This document shows, one piece after another, positions 32,408-42,825 of a stretch of DNA of 64,000 bases. A model generated the notes under the pieces. It was not told where the DNA came from and did not search any database. It was given only the letters and a program-made list of their open reading frames with translations. The translations under genes were made by a program, and so were the position numbers. The stretch covers positions 4,542-68,541 of the forward strand of contig CAVZDT010000023.1 in assembly GCA_963774175.1 (NCBI GenBank), written 5' to 3'. The DNA is from an uncultured Acidobacteriaceae bacterium. GTDB taxonomy: Bacteria; Acidobacteriota; Terriglobia; Terriglobales; Acidobacteriaceae. Numbering within the stretch: position 1 is the first letter of the stretch; the number at the start of each line of letters is the position of its first letter.

Positions 32408-34624
32408 TCAGGGTTGAATCACGGGCGCCACCACGATTCGATCCAGGTCCGGCGCGTATCCGGACGGATTGCCGAATTCAATGGTATTGGAACCCGCGTG
32501 CAGGTTTACCTGGATCACAGTCGGGGTGGGATCGTTAAAGGTGTCACCGTCTAGATCCAGCTCTGTGGCACTGGCCCCGTTGACACTCATGAAGAACGAT
32601 CGCGGACCGCCGGTCTGGTAGTCGATTTCCAATTGATAAGTTCCATCGGCTGGAACGATGACGTTGGAAAAGGTGACGGTGTTGGCAGCGCCTCCACCGA
32701 CATTGCCTGCCTTGGCGAGACCGGACGAGTAGTTGCTGAAGACGCCGATTGCAGAACCATTCAGCGTGGCCACCTCGGCTTCGTAGCTTGTAGTTGACGG
32801 AGCCGGAAAGCTTCCGTTGCCGCTGATGACGATGCGATCGAGATCGGGCGGATAGCTCACCGGGTTACCGAAGGTGATGGTGTTGATGCCTTTCTCCAGA
32901 TGAACAGGAACGGTAGTGCTGGCGGGAAGCAGAAAGCTGCCACCGCTGCGGTTCAGCGTCTGGTACGGGCCACCGTTGACGCTGTAGAGGTAGGAGCGCA
33001 GACCGATCGTCATTGAATCCACTTCCATAAGGTACTCACCGGCCGCAGGTGCGTACACATCATTAAAGCTGACCGTATTGTTCGTACCAAGGCCAAGGTC
33101 GCCGACTTTCTCTCCGCCGGAGCAAGCTGGGCAACTGGCGATCGAAGCCGATCCACCCAGAACTGCGGAGGCTGCTTCGTAGCTGGTGGATGGAACAGAC
33201 GCCGGATTTCCAATCCCGTGAACTTTAAGGAGCCGAGAGCCGTGGGCCCCGAGCACGGTTGAGAAGCTGTTGAAGGATGGCCCGAGTTCGCGGTGGGACC
33301 AGAGATCGCGCACCTCGACGGCGTTGGCAAAGCCGAGCAAGCTCCAGGGAATTTGCGCGTTCACCACCGTCGCATTCATGTTGAAAATGCCGACGTAGTA
33401 ATCGCCGTTACCAAGGCGGCTGCGCCAAACCTCGATATCGCCATCAAGGACCTGCTTTGCAGGCTTTGCGGTCTGGTCGACGGCGAGGACTTCGTCGTTG
33501 GTGAGCAGTTGCTTGCCGAAGGCGTCGATCTTAGTGAGATCGCCGCCAAGAATGATGGGAGCATTGGCGAGGACCCAGAGGCCAAGAGCAGACTGCTTTT
33601 CCTCGTTGGACAGGCCGTCGGCTGTGCCGTCGACCAGTTCGAGGGAATCCAGGTCATTCCATCCCAGGGTGGGGCCGGATGCGGTTTCCCAACCAACCAG
33701 ATCGCGAAAGCGCTCATAGATGCGAGGCCAGTTGGTGAGTTTGGAGCAGTCGCCTTCGCACTCGACGTCCTGATCGATGCGGCGCGCATTTGCATACTGC
33801 TGCCACACGCTGAGGTAGTCTTCATCGAGATCCCAGGAGATGGTCAGCCAGATTGGCCGGCCGCTCGCGGCGATAGCCTTGGACCACGCCGCTACATCGA
33901 GTCGATTGTCGATCGAGAGGTCGTAACTGTCAGAGCCGGGAGTGACACCATCGAGCTTGATGAGATCCACTCCCCATGAAGCAAAGAGAGCGACGACGGA
34001 GTTGGTGTATTCCTGTGCACCGGGCTTGGTGTAGTCGATTTTGTAGTGAAAGGGCGAGGTGCCCGGCCCGCCGAAGGCATTTCCGGCCGTGTAGGGCACG
34101 GTGAGGATGTCCTGGATGTGATAAGGCGTTCCGAGGATGGGCAAGTTGGCCGCGACCGCCGGGTATTCGACCCCCGGGATCCAGTAGATACCAGCCTTCT
34201 GCCCGTTCTGGTGAATGTGAGCGATCAGAGATTTGATATCCGGGAACGTGGACGTGTTTGGGATAGGACGGCCGTTCGCGTCGAAGCTACCTTGCCAACC
34301 CGAATCGATATTGATGTATTCGAAGCCGTGCGACTGGAGGCCGGCAGCTGCCAGTGCATCGGACTCGGCGGCAATGTTGTTCTGCGTAAGAAAGCTGGAG
34401 TTGATGGTCTGCTCACTAAAGGTGCTCCAGCCAAAGTAGGGGCGTTGACCGACACTCGATTGCTGCGCGGGGAGGATGGGTGCAAACAGGAAGCAAAGCA
34501 TCGCGGCGGCGAGCAGCCCCTGATCTCGTTTCCGCGCATCGACATGCGCTCGCAGAATCGTGTGTGGTGATTCATAAATCGTGCGCACTGCGAAGTCAGT
34601 CTTGCAAAAACTCCGAATATTCAT
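32408..34624 (-). CDS. GH27 alpha-galactosidase-like enzyme with two CBM35/CBM6-like modules
   Basis: PYFGWSTF, YINIDSGWQ, WGVDLIKLD, WNDLDSL; tandem YEA...PDLDRIV modules. Confidence 0.88.
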   Translation of the reverse strand: MNIRSFCKTDFAVRTIYESPHTILRAHVDARKRDQGLLAAAMLCFLFAPILPAQQSSVGQRPYFGWSTFSEQTINSSFLTQNNIAAESDALAAAGLQSHGFEYINIDSGWQGSFDANGRPIPNTSTFPDIKSLIAHIHQNGQKAGIYWIPGVEYPAVAANLPILGTPYHIQDILTVPYTAGNAFGGPGTSPFHYKIDYTKPGAQEYTNSVVALFASWGVDLIKLDGVTPGSDSYDLSIDNRLDVAAWSKAIAASGRPIWLTISWDLDEDYLSVWQQYANARRIDQDVECEGDCSKLTNWPRIYERFRDLVGWETASGPTLGWNDLDSLELVDGTADGLSNEEKQSALGLWVLANAPIILGGDLTKIDAFGKQLLTNDEVLAVDQTAKPAKQVLDGDIEVWRSRLGNGDYYVGIFNMNATVVNAQIPWSLLGFANAVEVRDLWSHRELGPSFNSFSTVLGAHGSRLLKVHGIGNPASVPSTSYEAASAVLGGSASIASCPACSGGEKVGDLGLGTNNTVSFNDVYAPAAGEYLMEVDSMTIGLRSYLYSVNGGPYQTLNRSGGSFLLPASTTVPVHLEKGINTITFGNPVSYPPDLDRIVISGNGSFPAPSTTSYEAEVATLNGSAIGVFSNYSSGLAKAGNVGGGAANTVTFSNVIVPADGTYQLEIDYQTGGPRSFFMSVNGASATELDLDGDTFNDPTPTVIQVNLHAGSNTIEFGNPSGYAPDLDRIVVAPVIQP

Positions 34625-34757
34625 GGTGGGGACTCCTTGATGACGGTTGAATTTGCTTGCCTGGAGACGACGCTCACGTGACCGCTTACTTCATCGCGAG
34701 AAATGGGACGCGCAGGTTAGAGGAGTGCCGATAACTTTGGTTGCAGATTCTCCGCGG

Positions 34758-35480
34758 CTAGTGAGTCAGTGCAGAACGAATCATTGTCGCCGCCTGGTCT
34801 CCCTGAATCGCCGCTCCCGCCGGGTTGAAATGGACGGAATCTTCGTATAGGTCCCGATGCTGCTGCATGAGAGAGAATTGATCGTCGACCGTGGTACCTG
34901 GCCGTACGAAGCCAAGAGCTATCCGGTTGCGTTCTTGCACGCGTGGATTTGTTGCGCCGTTGGTCGCGTCCGAGCGAACGGGAGTGGTACTGGCCCAGAT
35001 AAGGGCACCGCCCTTTTCCGTGAGTGATTGCACAACGCGGAGGAATGCGGGAAACTGTGCCTTGTATTGATCTTCGGTGTATGCCCATCCATGCATCCCG
35101 TTGTTGAAATGCACAACGCGAAAGCGGACTTTTTCCGTCTCCGCGAATTCCTTGATCTGATGTTCAAGGCGCGGATCGCCCACCGAAGTGGAAGATGCCA
35201 TCAGGTATACATTTGCAACCCCGGCCAGGTTCTTTCGTACTTCAGGAAAGTAGTTGCGTGAAATAGAGTCGCCAAGCAGCAGGACATTAGGAAGACTTGG
35301 ATCGGTACTTGGCGGGCGCACTTCCCATGTCCATTCAATCTCTTCAGGAATCGTGACCGGCTTCTCTGCAATCACCGAGGTTGAAAACATAGATGCAAGC
35401 ACGAACGCAATGAACGCAGGCAGAAAACGATCACGAAATCTCGACGGCAGAAACCCGATTGCGCTGGGGAAAAGGCCCAT
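34758..35480 (-). CDS. SGNH/GDSL hydrolase (esterase)
   Basis: LLLGDSIS, FNNGMHG, DSVHF. Confidence 0.88.
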   Translation of the reverse strand: MGLFPSAIGFLPSRFRDRFLPAFIAFVLASMFSTSVIAEKPVTIPEEIEWTWEVRPPSTDPSLPNVLLLGDSISRNYFPEVRKNLAGVANVYLMASSTSVGDPRLEHQIKEFAETEKVRFRVVHFNNGMHGWAYTEDQYKAQFPAFLRVVQSLTEKGGALIWASTTPVRSDATNGATNPRVQERNRIALGFVRPGTTVDDQFSLMQQHRDLYEDSVHFNPAGAAIQGDQAATMIRSALTH

Positions 35481-35517
35481 TTCTCCTCACATTCTTGTCA
35501 CTGCAGAAGGTTCTTCC

Positions 35518-37926
35518 TTAGCTGCCGGCTCTGCCCGGCACAAAACTCTGTAATTGAACGTGTTTCGTTTCGCCACGTTGGAAGCGCATTGTGATGACCT
35601 GGTCGCGGTAACGGAGCCTTGTCGTTCCTCCCATGCGACTGACGATCGTTGCGGATCGCAGCTTTGCAGTATTCCAGGCAATGTCGATCACGTACCCACC
35701 CCGCGCACAGAGACCTCGGACTGAGCCTTCAGGCCACGCAACTGGAAGCGCCGGCAATAACTCAATCTCCCCTCCTTGCGTTTGAAGCAGCATTTCTGCG
35801 ATTCCGGCTGCGCCCGCAGTGTTTCCGTCGAGCGAAAAAATGTTCTGTTCGGCTCCAGCAATTCCGGCGCTCGAAAATGTGAGCAGATTCGCATCGGCCG
35901 ATTTCGCGAGCAAACTGACCAGGTATTTGTGCGCGTCATCGCCCTTCAGCAGGCGCGCGTGGTAGGCCACCAGATTGGCGCGGCCCCACTCGCTCTGCTC
36001 CCAATTGGGTGTATCCATCCGGCGCCGGATCGTGACCTCTGCGGCACGCGCCAACGCAGGCGTGGAACGAGGCGAGATCTGATGCAGCGGATAAAGACCC
36101 ACAAGATGCGATGTGTGACGATGGTTCGGGTCCGCATCTTCAAAATCCTCGAGCCATTCCTGCAGTTGCCCATGGCGGCCGATCTGGAATGGCGGTAGCT
36201 TTGCGCGTGCGGCCTCGAGTTTCGTGCGAAACTCAGCGTCGACCGAAAGCGTTTTCGATGCCTCCATGCACATCGAATAGAGCGCGTAAACAAAGGTCCG
36301 ATCACAGGTGTTGCCCATGGACTCGCTGGCTCGATGACCCGAGGGCGTCAGGTACCAGTTCTCAGGAGAGTCTGAGGGGCCCGTGACCAGCCAGCCATGC
36401 TTTGGTTCGGGCACCATATAGGAAAGAAAGAATTCCGCCGCTTCACGCAGAACCGGGTAAACGCGCGTCCGCAGGAACTCAGTGTCACCGTTGAAGGTCC
36501 AGTGATCCCACATCTGCAGCGAGATCCATATACCTGCCGAGACAAAGATTCCCCAGCCTATGCTTCCGGTCGCGGTATAGCCCCACGGATTCGTTACGGT
36601 GTGCACTACCCATCCCGGCGCACCGTACATTTGTTTGGCCGTATCGCGGCCGCATTCGCGCATTACGTCAATTAAAGCGAACAGTGGTATCTGGCATTCA
36701 GCAAGATTGCACACCTCGGCGGCCCAGTAGTTTTGCTGTGTGTTGATGTCGAGATGAAAGTCGTCGGTCCACCCCATGCTGCTGGCGAGACCGTCGTTCC
36801 AGATGCCTTGCAGCGCAAGAGGCAGCGGAGAATCGGCGCGGGAGCCAGCGATCGTGAGGTAGCGGCCGTACTGAAAGAACGAGGCGAGGAGTTCAGAGTC
36901 GTTGGCTCCGGTCTCCAGTGCTTTGCGACGCTCATCGGTTGGCTGATTACGGATGGCCTGAGGACTCCGGCCTAGATCAATGCTCACTCGCCGATAGAGC
37001 GGCTGATAGTCGGCGAGATGAGAGCGGCGAAGCTCAAGGAAGCCTTTGCGCTCGGCGGCCTGAAGAGATTCGCCGCAGATCCTATCGCAATCACCGTTTC
37101 GAAAGCCGGTACCAATGGCGACGAGGACCGTTACCGCATCGGCTCCCCTTACCCTGATTGAGTCCTGGCTGGGAGTGCACTGGTCGTTTTCCGCCATGAC
37201 CTTCGCCCGGATCTGCAGTGCCACTCCATCGTGGCCTGAGCTATGCATCGTTTCCCATGCATGGCCATCGAGAACCAGCGTGTCGACGCCTCGGGTGCTT
37301 ACGACGGTAGGAATGACACCTTTACTGAAGCTCAGGCGGAAGCTGACTTGGCCGGGCGCGCTGCAGGTCAAATGAATGACCAGAAGCTTGTCCGCGTGCG
37401 ACGCGAACACCTGCCGCTCAAAGAGGCATTTGCCGGCGAGAAAGCGCGTATGCGCAATGGCCTCATCAAGGTTGAGAGAACGGCGATAATCCTTCGCATC
37501 ACTGACGTTGTCAAAGGCAAGCAGCAGTTCAGGCAGCGGAAGATTGGTGCCGAAATTCTTGGGATGGCCCACGAGATACTTCCCGCACAGATCTTGTGCC
37601 TCTTCATATTTGCCGGCAAAGAAGAGCTGGCGTAATTCATTCAAATGCTGCAATGCTCCAGGATTGACTTCACCGGTAGCCGGCGCACCGGACCATGCGG
37701 TGGATTCGGAAAGAGCGATGCGCTCGGTTTGAATTCCGCCGTAGATCATCCCTCCGAGGCGTCCATTGCCGACGGGCAGGGCCTCAAGCCATTGTCCCGC
37801 GGGTCGCTTGTACCACAGCTCATCGCCCTCGTCAGAACCAGGCGTCGACTGAGCCGGCCCAATTCGTGACAGGACACCAAGCGCCACCGCTCCCTGCAGA
37901 AATTCTCTTCGGGTTGCTGGAGTCAT
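35518..37926 (-). CDS. GH95 alpha-L-fucosidase; Tat signal
   Basis: TRREFL; WLEALPVGNGRLG, FQYGRYL, LQGIWN, DINTQQNYW, SPEN, HRHTSHL, DGN. Confidence 0.93.
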   Translation of the reverse strand: MTPATRREFLQGAVALGVLSRIGPAQSTPGSDEGDELWYKRPAGQWLEALPVGNGRLGGMIYGGIQTERIALSESTAWSGAPATGEVNPGALQHLNELRQLFFAGKYEEAQDLCGKYLVGHPKNFGTNLPLPELLLAFDNVSDAKDYRRSLNLDEAIAHTRFLAGKCLFERQVFASHADKLLVIHLTCSAPGQVSFRLSFSKGVIPTVVSTRGVDTLVLDGHAWETMHSSGHDGVALQIRAKVMAENDQCTPSQDSIRVRGADAVTVLVAIGTGFRNGDCDRICGESLQAAERKGFLELRRSHLADYQPLYRRVSIDLGRSPQAIRNQPTDERRKALETGANDSELLASFFQYGRYLTIAGSRADSPLPLALQGIWNDGLASSMGWTDDFHLDINTQQNYWAAEVCNLAECQIPLFALIDVMRECGRDTAKQMYGAPGWVVHTVTNPWGYTATGSIGWGIFVSAGIWISLQMWDHWTFNGDTEFLRTRVYPVLREAAEFFLSYMVPEPKHGWLVTGPSDSPENWYLTPSGHRASESMGNTCDRTFVYALYSMCMEASKTLSVDAEFRTKLEAARAKLPPFQIGRHGQLQEWLEDFEDADPNHRHTSHLVGLYPLHQISPRSTPALARAAEVTIRRRMDTPNWEQSEWGRANLVAYHARLLKGDDAHKYLVSLLAKSADANLLTFSSAGIAGAEQNIFSLDGNTAGAAGIAEMLLQTQGGEIELLPALPVAWPEGSVRGLCARGGYVIDIAWNTAKLRSATIVSRMGGTTRLRYRDQVITMRFQRGETKHVQLQSFVPGRAGS

Positions 37927-38061
37927 TCCTTCCTTTCGATTGCGCCTATCTTGCCCTGACGCAGGGAAATGGTAACGCTTCCAAATCGTCCTGCGCATTC
38001 GTCGCGATTAAGCGAGAGATCTTCAGGGAGCGGGCGATCCGCTCCCTCGGTTGCGTTGCGC

Positions 38062-41000
38062 TTAGAAGGTGTACTTCAAAGAGAGTTGCAGGAAGCGGGC
38101 ATCGGGGGTGTTGTTCTGGAAGAACTTTGATCCCGTGATTTGGCCGCCTTGCGGTCCAATACCCTGGTTGGAAGGATTGCCCCACGTGGGCTGGTTCAGC
38201 AGGTTGAAGGCATCCGCGCGGAACTGCAGATATTGTTCACGGAAGGTGATGAAGTTTTTGAACAGCGACATATTAACTGCGGAATATCCGGGCCCGTAGA
38301 TCTTATTGGAGCGGCCGCCAAGGAAGGATATCGCGGTGGCTTCATCGGTCACAACATTGGATCCCGAGATCAGATTTCCGGGCAGCGGATTCTTGAACGC
38401 ACAGGGGTTGTACCAGTTGTCCCTCGTCTTGACCCGTGCCGGGCAGGCTGTGAGGCTGGGATTGTTGGTGGTGTCGGGTATGCCGCCGGGGGCGTAGGGA
38501 TCACCCACCATGATCGCTCTTGCACTGCCTCCGTTCGCTGTGCCGATGCTCGGATAAACGGTGAAAGGCGTGCCAGTCTGCGCTGCGAAAGTAAGACTGG
38601 TGGACCAACCGCCCAGGGTTTCATCTTCCCAACGGGATTGGTTGAGGAAAGCACGGCCCACACCAAACGGCAACTGATAATTGCCATCCAGTGTGAATCG
38701 GTGACGAATATCGTATGGCGAATTCGTGTATTCCTGGTTGTACGGAATCAGAGCCATATTGCGGTCGCCGACCGCGGTTGAGAGGCCTCCAGCATCGCTG
38801 GTGTCATCGAGAGCGTGAGCCCACGTGTAGGTGGCAAGATAGCTCAACCCATGCGATGTTCTCTTCTCCAGCTTAGCTTGGAGCGAGTTATAGTCGCTGA
38901 CACCACCGAAGTGAATGGTGCCGACTCCGCCAAGGTCTGGAAATGGCTGATACTGCTGCGTCGACACTCCGGGAGCGAACAAGCCGCGGATTGTATTCGG
39001 ATCGTAATACAACGACAGATGCCTTGAGATGTTGCCGACGTAGCTCACGGTCGCCGACAAGTTGGTCGTGACTGCCTGCTGAAGCGACACGCTGTAGTTC
39101 ATGGTGTAGGGCGTCTTCACATTCGGGTCAATCGCATGCAAGCCAGGGTCGGAAACAAAGTTCTGCAGGCCCACGCTGGTCTTCGCCGTCAAACCATTTT
39201 CGAGATTGATACCCTGAGAGGCGAGTGAGGGGCAGTTGCCCGATGCGCAGTCTGGCGCGTACAGGTAGACATCGTTCGCCCAGGGGAAGTTGGTGCCGAG
39301 GTTGGTGTTGCCCTGACTTTGCAGACCGCCGTAAAAGAGGCCGAAGCCTGCACGGAAGACGGTGCGAGGGTTTGTCTGGATCGAGACGCCGACTCGGGGA
39401 GCAAAATTCAAGTTCTGTCCGGATGACAGGCGCTCGTTACCCACATAGCTGAGCGTGACGTTGTCCTTTGCAAGCACGGCCAGGAATGGTGCGCCAAGAT
39501 CCTGATTTTTCGAGCGGCTGGGCAGTTCGTACACGCCACTCCCCGTGCCGATTCCGAGACTGCTGCCCGTGGCGATGAAGTTGGCCTGGTTTCCTGCAAC
39601 TTCTTTGTAGGGCTCGTAGCGATCGTAGCGTACGCCCAGATTTAGCGTGACGCGGGGGGTCAGCCTCCAGTCATCCTGGACGTAAGCAGAGTCGTACCAC
39701 TGCGCGTCGTTGATCCTGGGACTGGTCCAGATGTCGGCTTGATGCATCTGGCCGGCGAGGAAGTCTGCCGTTCCCGCGCCAGTCGGGATGGAGCTTCCGA
39801 CTTGCGCCGTGAATTGTCCATTGAAGAAGTACTGGCCGGTCGGCGCCGCGGCGTATCGATCAAACACGCGGAGTGCTTGAAATGAGAGGCCTGCCTTCAG
39901 CGTGTGATTCGCGATGGTCTTGGTTACGTTGTCGAGAATCTGATAGACATTCTGTGCTTCGTCCTGGGTGCCCACGGAACCCCACTGGTTAATCCCGATA
40001 CTTCCATCGAAATATCCGAGAGGCAATCCGCCCAGGCCAGGGCCGTTGTTTGGGATCCCGCCGAGACCAAGCGAAGCGGCCAGCGTGTAGTTATTGGCGT
40101 TGGGCTGGTGATACTGAGATGCAATCCAGTTATAACCGAAGCGGAACTCGTTCACGAGCGAAGGCGAAAACGTGTGTGTTTCGCTGAGCATGAAGTTCTG
40201 CGCAAGATTTGTATCGACCTGCCCGCCGAAGCCACTTCCGTCAAGGATGGGACCAAGAGGGAGCTGATGCTGAATGAGTTCGTGCGCGTAACTGTAGCGA
40301 ACATACGCCTGGTTGCGCTGGCTCAGGTTCCAGTCGACGCGTTGATCCCATTGAATCGTATTGTCGGCCCGGCCCACGTTGGTGCGGTAGTTGTTGTAGG
40401 TTTGCCCTGTGACTCCAAAGTTGGGCTGAGGATACAAGTTGATAATGTTCTGCGCGACCGGATCAATCTGATTCGAGCAGAACACGTTGTTTTTGCCGTT
40501 GCATTGCAGGGTCTGCGCTCCTCCCGAGTTCGGCTGGTAGAGCTGCACGGGAACGCCCTGGTTGTTGAGATTCGTATTCAGCAGCTCCGAGAAATCACCG
40601 GCGCGCATTAGCGCTGTGGGAACAGTCGTGGTCTCGGGACTGGCGATGGAGATACGGTTTGCTTCCATGTCGCCGAAATAGAACAAACGGTTCTTCCAGA
40701 TGGGCAAGCCTAAGGTACCGCCAAACTGATTCTGGTGATAGGGAGGAATTGAACTCGCGTCCCAATCCTTCGAATCCAGATTGGTGTTGCGGAGATACTC
40801 CCAGGCGTCGCCGTGAATCTGGTTCGTACCCGACTTGATGCTGGCGTTCATGACCGCTCCCGCGGAGTGCCCAAATTCAGCGCTGAAGTTACTGGTTTGA
40901 AGACTGAACTCGGCAAGGGCGTCCGGCGGAGGTCGCATCACATAGCTTGCGCCATTGAGGAAGTCGATCAGGTTGGTGTTGTTGTCCACGCCGTCGAGAA

Positions 41001-41616
41001 TGAAATTGTTTTGTTCTGCGCGTTGGCCATTGGCTACAAAGTCTCCGGTTCCGCTGCCCCGGGTGTTACCGAACGGTGGAGCGACACCGGCAGTGAGCTG
41101 AGCGATATAGACCCAGTTGCGCCCGTTGAGGGGAGTCTCGTTGATGGTCTCAGTGCTGATGACCTGGCCGACCGCCGAGTCCTGCGATTGCAGCAATGGT
41201 GGCTCCCCAGTGACTTTCACGGTCTCAGAAACCGTGCCCGGCTCAAGTTTGAGATTCACGCTGAGGCGCTGCTGAATATCGATGTGCAGGTTCTGCTGTG
41301 TCGTGGTCTGGAATCCGGGCGCGGTGGCGCTCAATTGGTAGTTGCCGATCTTGACCGGCGAAAACACATAGACGCCACTGGAATTTGCGTCCCTCTGCAG
41401 CACCAAACCCGTATCGATGCTAATGAGCGAAATATGGGCGTTGGGGATCGCCGCACCCGATGAATCCTCTACGACGCCGGTGATGGCGCCCTGGTCAACT
41501 TGCGCGTGCGCCGCGGCACATAGCCAGAGAAAAAGAACCACACATAAGGCTCTCGGTAATGCGAGCGTTTTAGACACCTGTTGATTGAGCCGTGGAATCA
41601 TGTTTTCCGCCTCCAT
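38062..41616 (-). CDS. TonB-dependent receptor (Oar-type, carboxypeptidase-regulatory-like N-domain)
   Basis: GAITGVVEDSSGAAIP, PLNGRN, NNFILDGVDNN, KSGTNQIHG, C-terminal QLSLKYTF. Confidence 0.93.
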   Translation of the reverse strand: MEAENMIPRLNQQVSKTLALPRALCVVLFLWLCAAAHAQVDQGAITGVVEDSSGAAIPNAHISLISIDTGLVLQRDANSSGVYVFSPVKIGNYQLSATAPGFQTTTQQNLHIDIQQRLSVNLKLEPGTVSETVKVTGEPPLLQSQDSAVGQVISTETINETPLNGRNWVYIAQLTAGVAPPFGNTRGSGTGDFVANGQRAEQNNFILDGVDNNTNLIDFLNGASYVMRPPPDALAEFSLQTSNFSAEFGHSAGAVMNASIKSGTNQIHGDAWEYLRNTNLDSKDWDASSIPPYHQNQFGGTLGLPIWKNRLFYFGDMEANRISIASPETTTVPTALMRAGDFSELLNTNLNNQGVPVQLYQPNSGGAQTLQCNGKNNVFCSNQIDPVAQNIINLYPQPNFGVTGQTYNNYRTNVGRADNTIQWDQRVDWNLSQRNQAYVRYSYAHELIQHQLPLGPILDGSGFGGQVDTNLAQNFMLSETHTFSPSLVNEFRFGYNWIASQYHQPNANNYTLAASLGLGGIPNNGPGLGGLPLGYFDGSIGINQWGSVGTQDEAQNVYQILDNVTKTIANHTLKAGLSFQALRVFDRYAAAPTGQYFFNGQFTAQVGSSIPTGAGTADFLAGQMHQADIWTSPRINDAQWYDSAYVQDDWRLTPRVTLNLGVRYDRYEPYKEVAGNQANFIATGSSLGIGTGSGVYELPSRSKNQDLGAPFLAVLAKDNVTLSYVGNERLSSGQNLNFAPRVGVSIQTNPRTVFRAGFGLFYGGLQSQGNTNLGTNFPWANDVYLYAPDCASGNCPSLASQGINLENGLTAKTSVGLQNFVSDPGLHAIDPNVKTPYTMNYSVSLQQAVTTNLSATVSYVGNISRHLSLYYDPNTIRGLFAPGVSTQQYQPFPDLGGVGTIHFGGVSDYNSLQAKLEKRTSHGLSYLATYTWAHALDDTSDAGGLSTAVGDRNMALIPYNQEYTNSPYDIRHRFTLDGNYQLPFGVGRAFLNQSRWEDETLGGWSTSLTFAAQTGTPFTVYPSIGTANGGSARAIMVGDPYAPGGIPDTTNNPSLTACPARVKTRDNWYNPCAFKNPLPGNLISGSNVVTDEATAISFLGGRSNKIYGPGYSAVNMSLFKNFITFREQYLQFRADAFNLLNQPTWGNPSNQGIGPQGGQITGSKFFQNNTPDARFLQLSLKYTF

Positions 41617-41755
41617 TACGTCTACAACTCGATCGGCTGAGCCTCAGAGCTCAGCTTGTTAGCGTTTACATTTTTGAGCGCCTGCGAATGCGTTCTTTCG
41701 ACCGTTCAGTGGGGACAGCGCGGGTCGAGTTTGAGCACCCAATACTGCGTCGCTA

Positions 41756-41785
41756 AAAATAAGCGCTTAAATTGTTACTTGTCAA
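41756..41785 (-). promoter_or_regulatory. Candidate promoter for the TBDR-GH95 operon with a palindromic operator overlapping the spacer
   Basis: - strand TTGACA-18 nt-TATTTT; TAAGCGCTTA palindrome at 41760-41769. Confidence 0.5.
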
Positions 41786-42033
41786 GCATCTTATATAACT
41801 GATTGAATAATATAGATATAATTATCGCTAAAAGTCGCAGATCGGAAAGTTCTTTATCCATCTTTATCCATTGGGGTTTGGTTTAAAAGCGCTCAAATTA
41901 TCTCTTGATCGGGAAATGCGAGCGCAATTGCAAAGGGGTGCTGTTAGGAACAAAATCTCTAATCTGAGTGCTTAGCCAGTTGACGGACGTTTGTCCTTTG
42001 AGTAAGCTTTGATTCGAAATCTCAAGAAAAACC

Positions 42034-42783
42034 ATGGCCTCGCCTCTTCTAACCGGACCCTCTGCCGAGCCTCTGGTGAAGCACACTGTCGCGGACTGCC
42101 TTCGCAAAGAGATCGCGAGCGGAGGCTTGCGCCCTGGCGCTCGTATTGTGGAAGGCACCTGGGCACGCAAGTTCGGCGTCGCTCAAGGATCGATTCGCGA
42201 AGCCATTAATCTCCTGGCGCAGGATGGGTTCGTCACCAAAGCAGCAGGCCGGAGTGCTCGAGTTGTCAACCTGAGCGAGGAGAACGTGGTGAAGATCTTT
42301 GAACTCCGCGCCACCCTCGAAGGATTGGCAGCACGGCTGATCGCCCAGCGTGCTGGAGATGTTGGCCCCGTGGAAGAGGCGCTCGGCATGATGCGGCAGG
42401 CGCTGACGAATGAGCGCCCTGAAGACATGCTTGATGCTGATCTCAAGTTCCATCTCGAGATTTGCCGGCTGTCAGGCAATAGCTATCTGCTGGAACACGC
42501 CCGGAAAATTCTCTTGCCTTTATTCGCATTTGCACGGATCCGCGTTCTCTCATCAGGGCAGGGTGCGTCCGTCTGGGGTAAGGACATTGAATCTCATCAG
42601 CGCATCGTCGATCTGATTAAAGAGGGTCAGGCGGACGTCGCAGAACAGTACGTTCGCCACGCGATCTCCAAATTTGGACAAAGCGCCTATTACGACTGGG
42701 AGAAGAAACCTATCCTTGCAAATGTGGGTCGGACCAGAAAGCGCTCGACCCAAAGGATTGAAGAGCGGGCATCAACTGAATGA
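42034..42783 (+). CDS. GntR/FadR-family transcriptional regulator
   Basis: GLRPGARIVE...FGVAQGSIREAINLLAQDGFV wHTH; FCD domain (ELRATLE, DLKFH, SGN, HQRIV). Confidence 0.92.
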   Translation: MASPLLTGPSAEPLVKHTVADCLRKEIASGGLRPGARIVEGTWARKFGVAQGSIREAINLLAQDGFVTKAAGRSARVVNLSEENVVKIFELRATLEGLAARLIAQRAGDVGPVEEALGMMRQALTNERPEDMLDADLKFHLEICRLSGNSYLLEHARKILLPLFAFARIRVLSSGQGASVWGKDIESHQRIVDLIKEGQADVAEQYVRHAISKFGQSAYYDWEKKPILANVGRTRKRSTQRIEERASTE

Positions 42784-42825
42784 ATGCGGGCGGATTCGCG
42801 CTTTCGATTCCCTGACGTAATCGAA

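Noticed and set aside
41854-41870. DnaA boxes / replication origin
   Set aside because: Only TTATCCA-T (imperfect), two copies, in a sugar-operon promoter region
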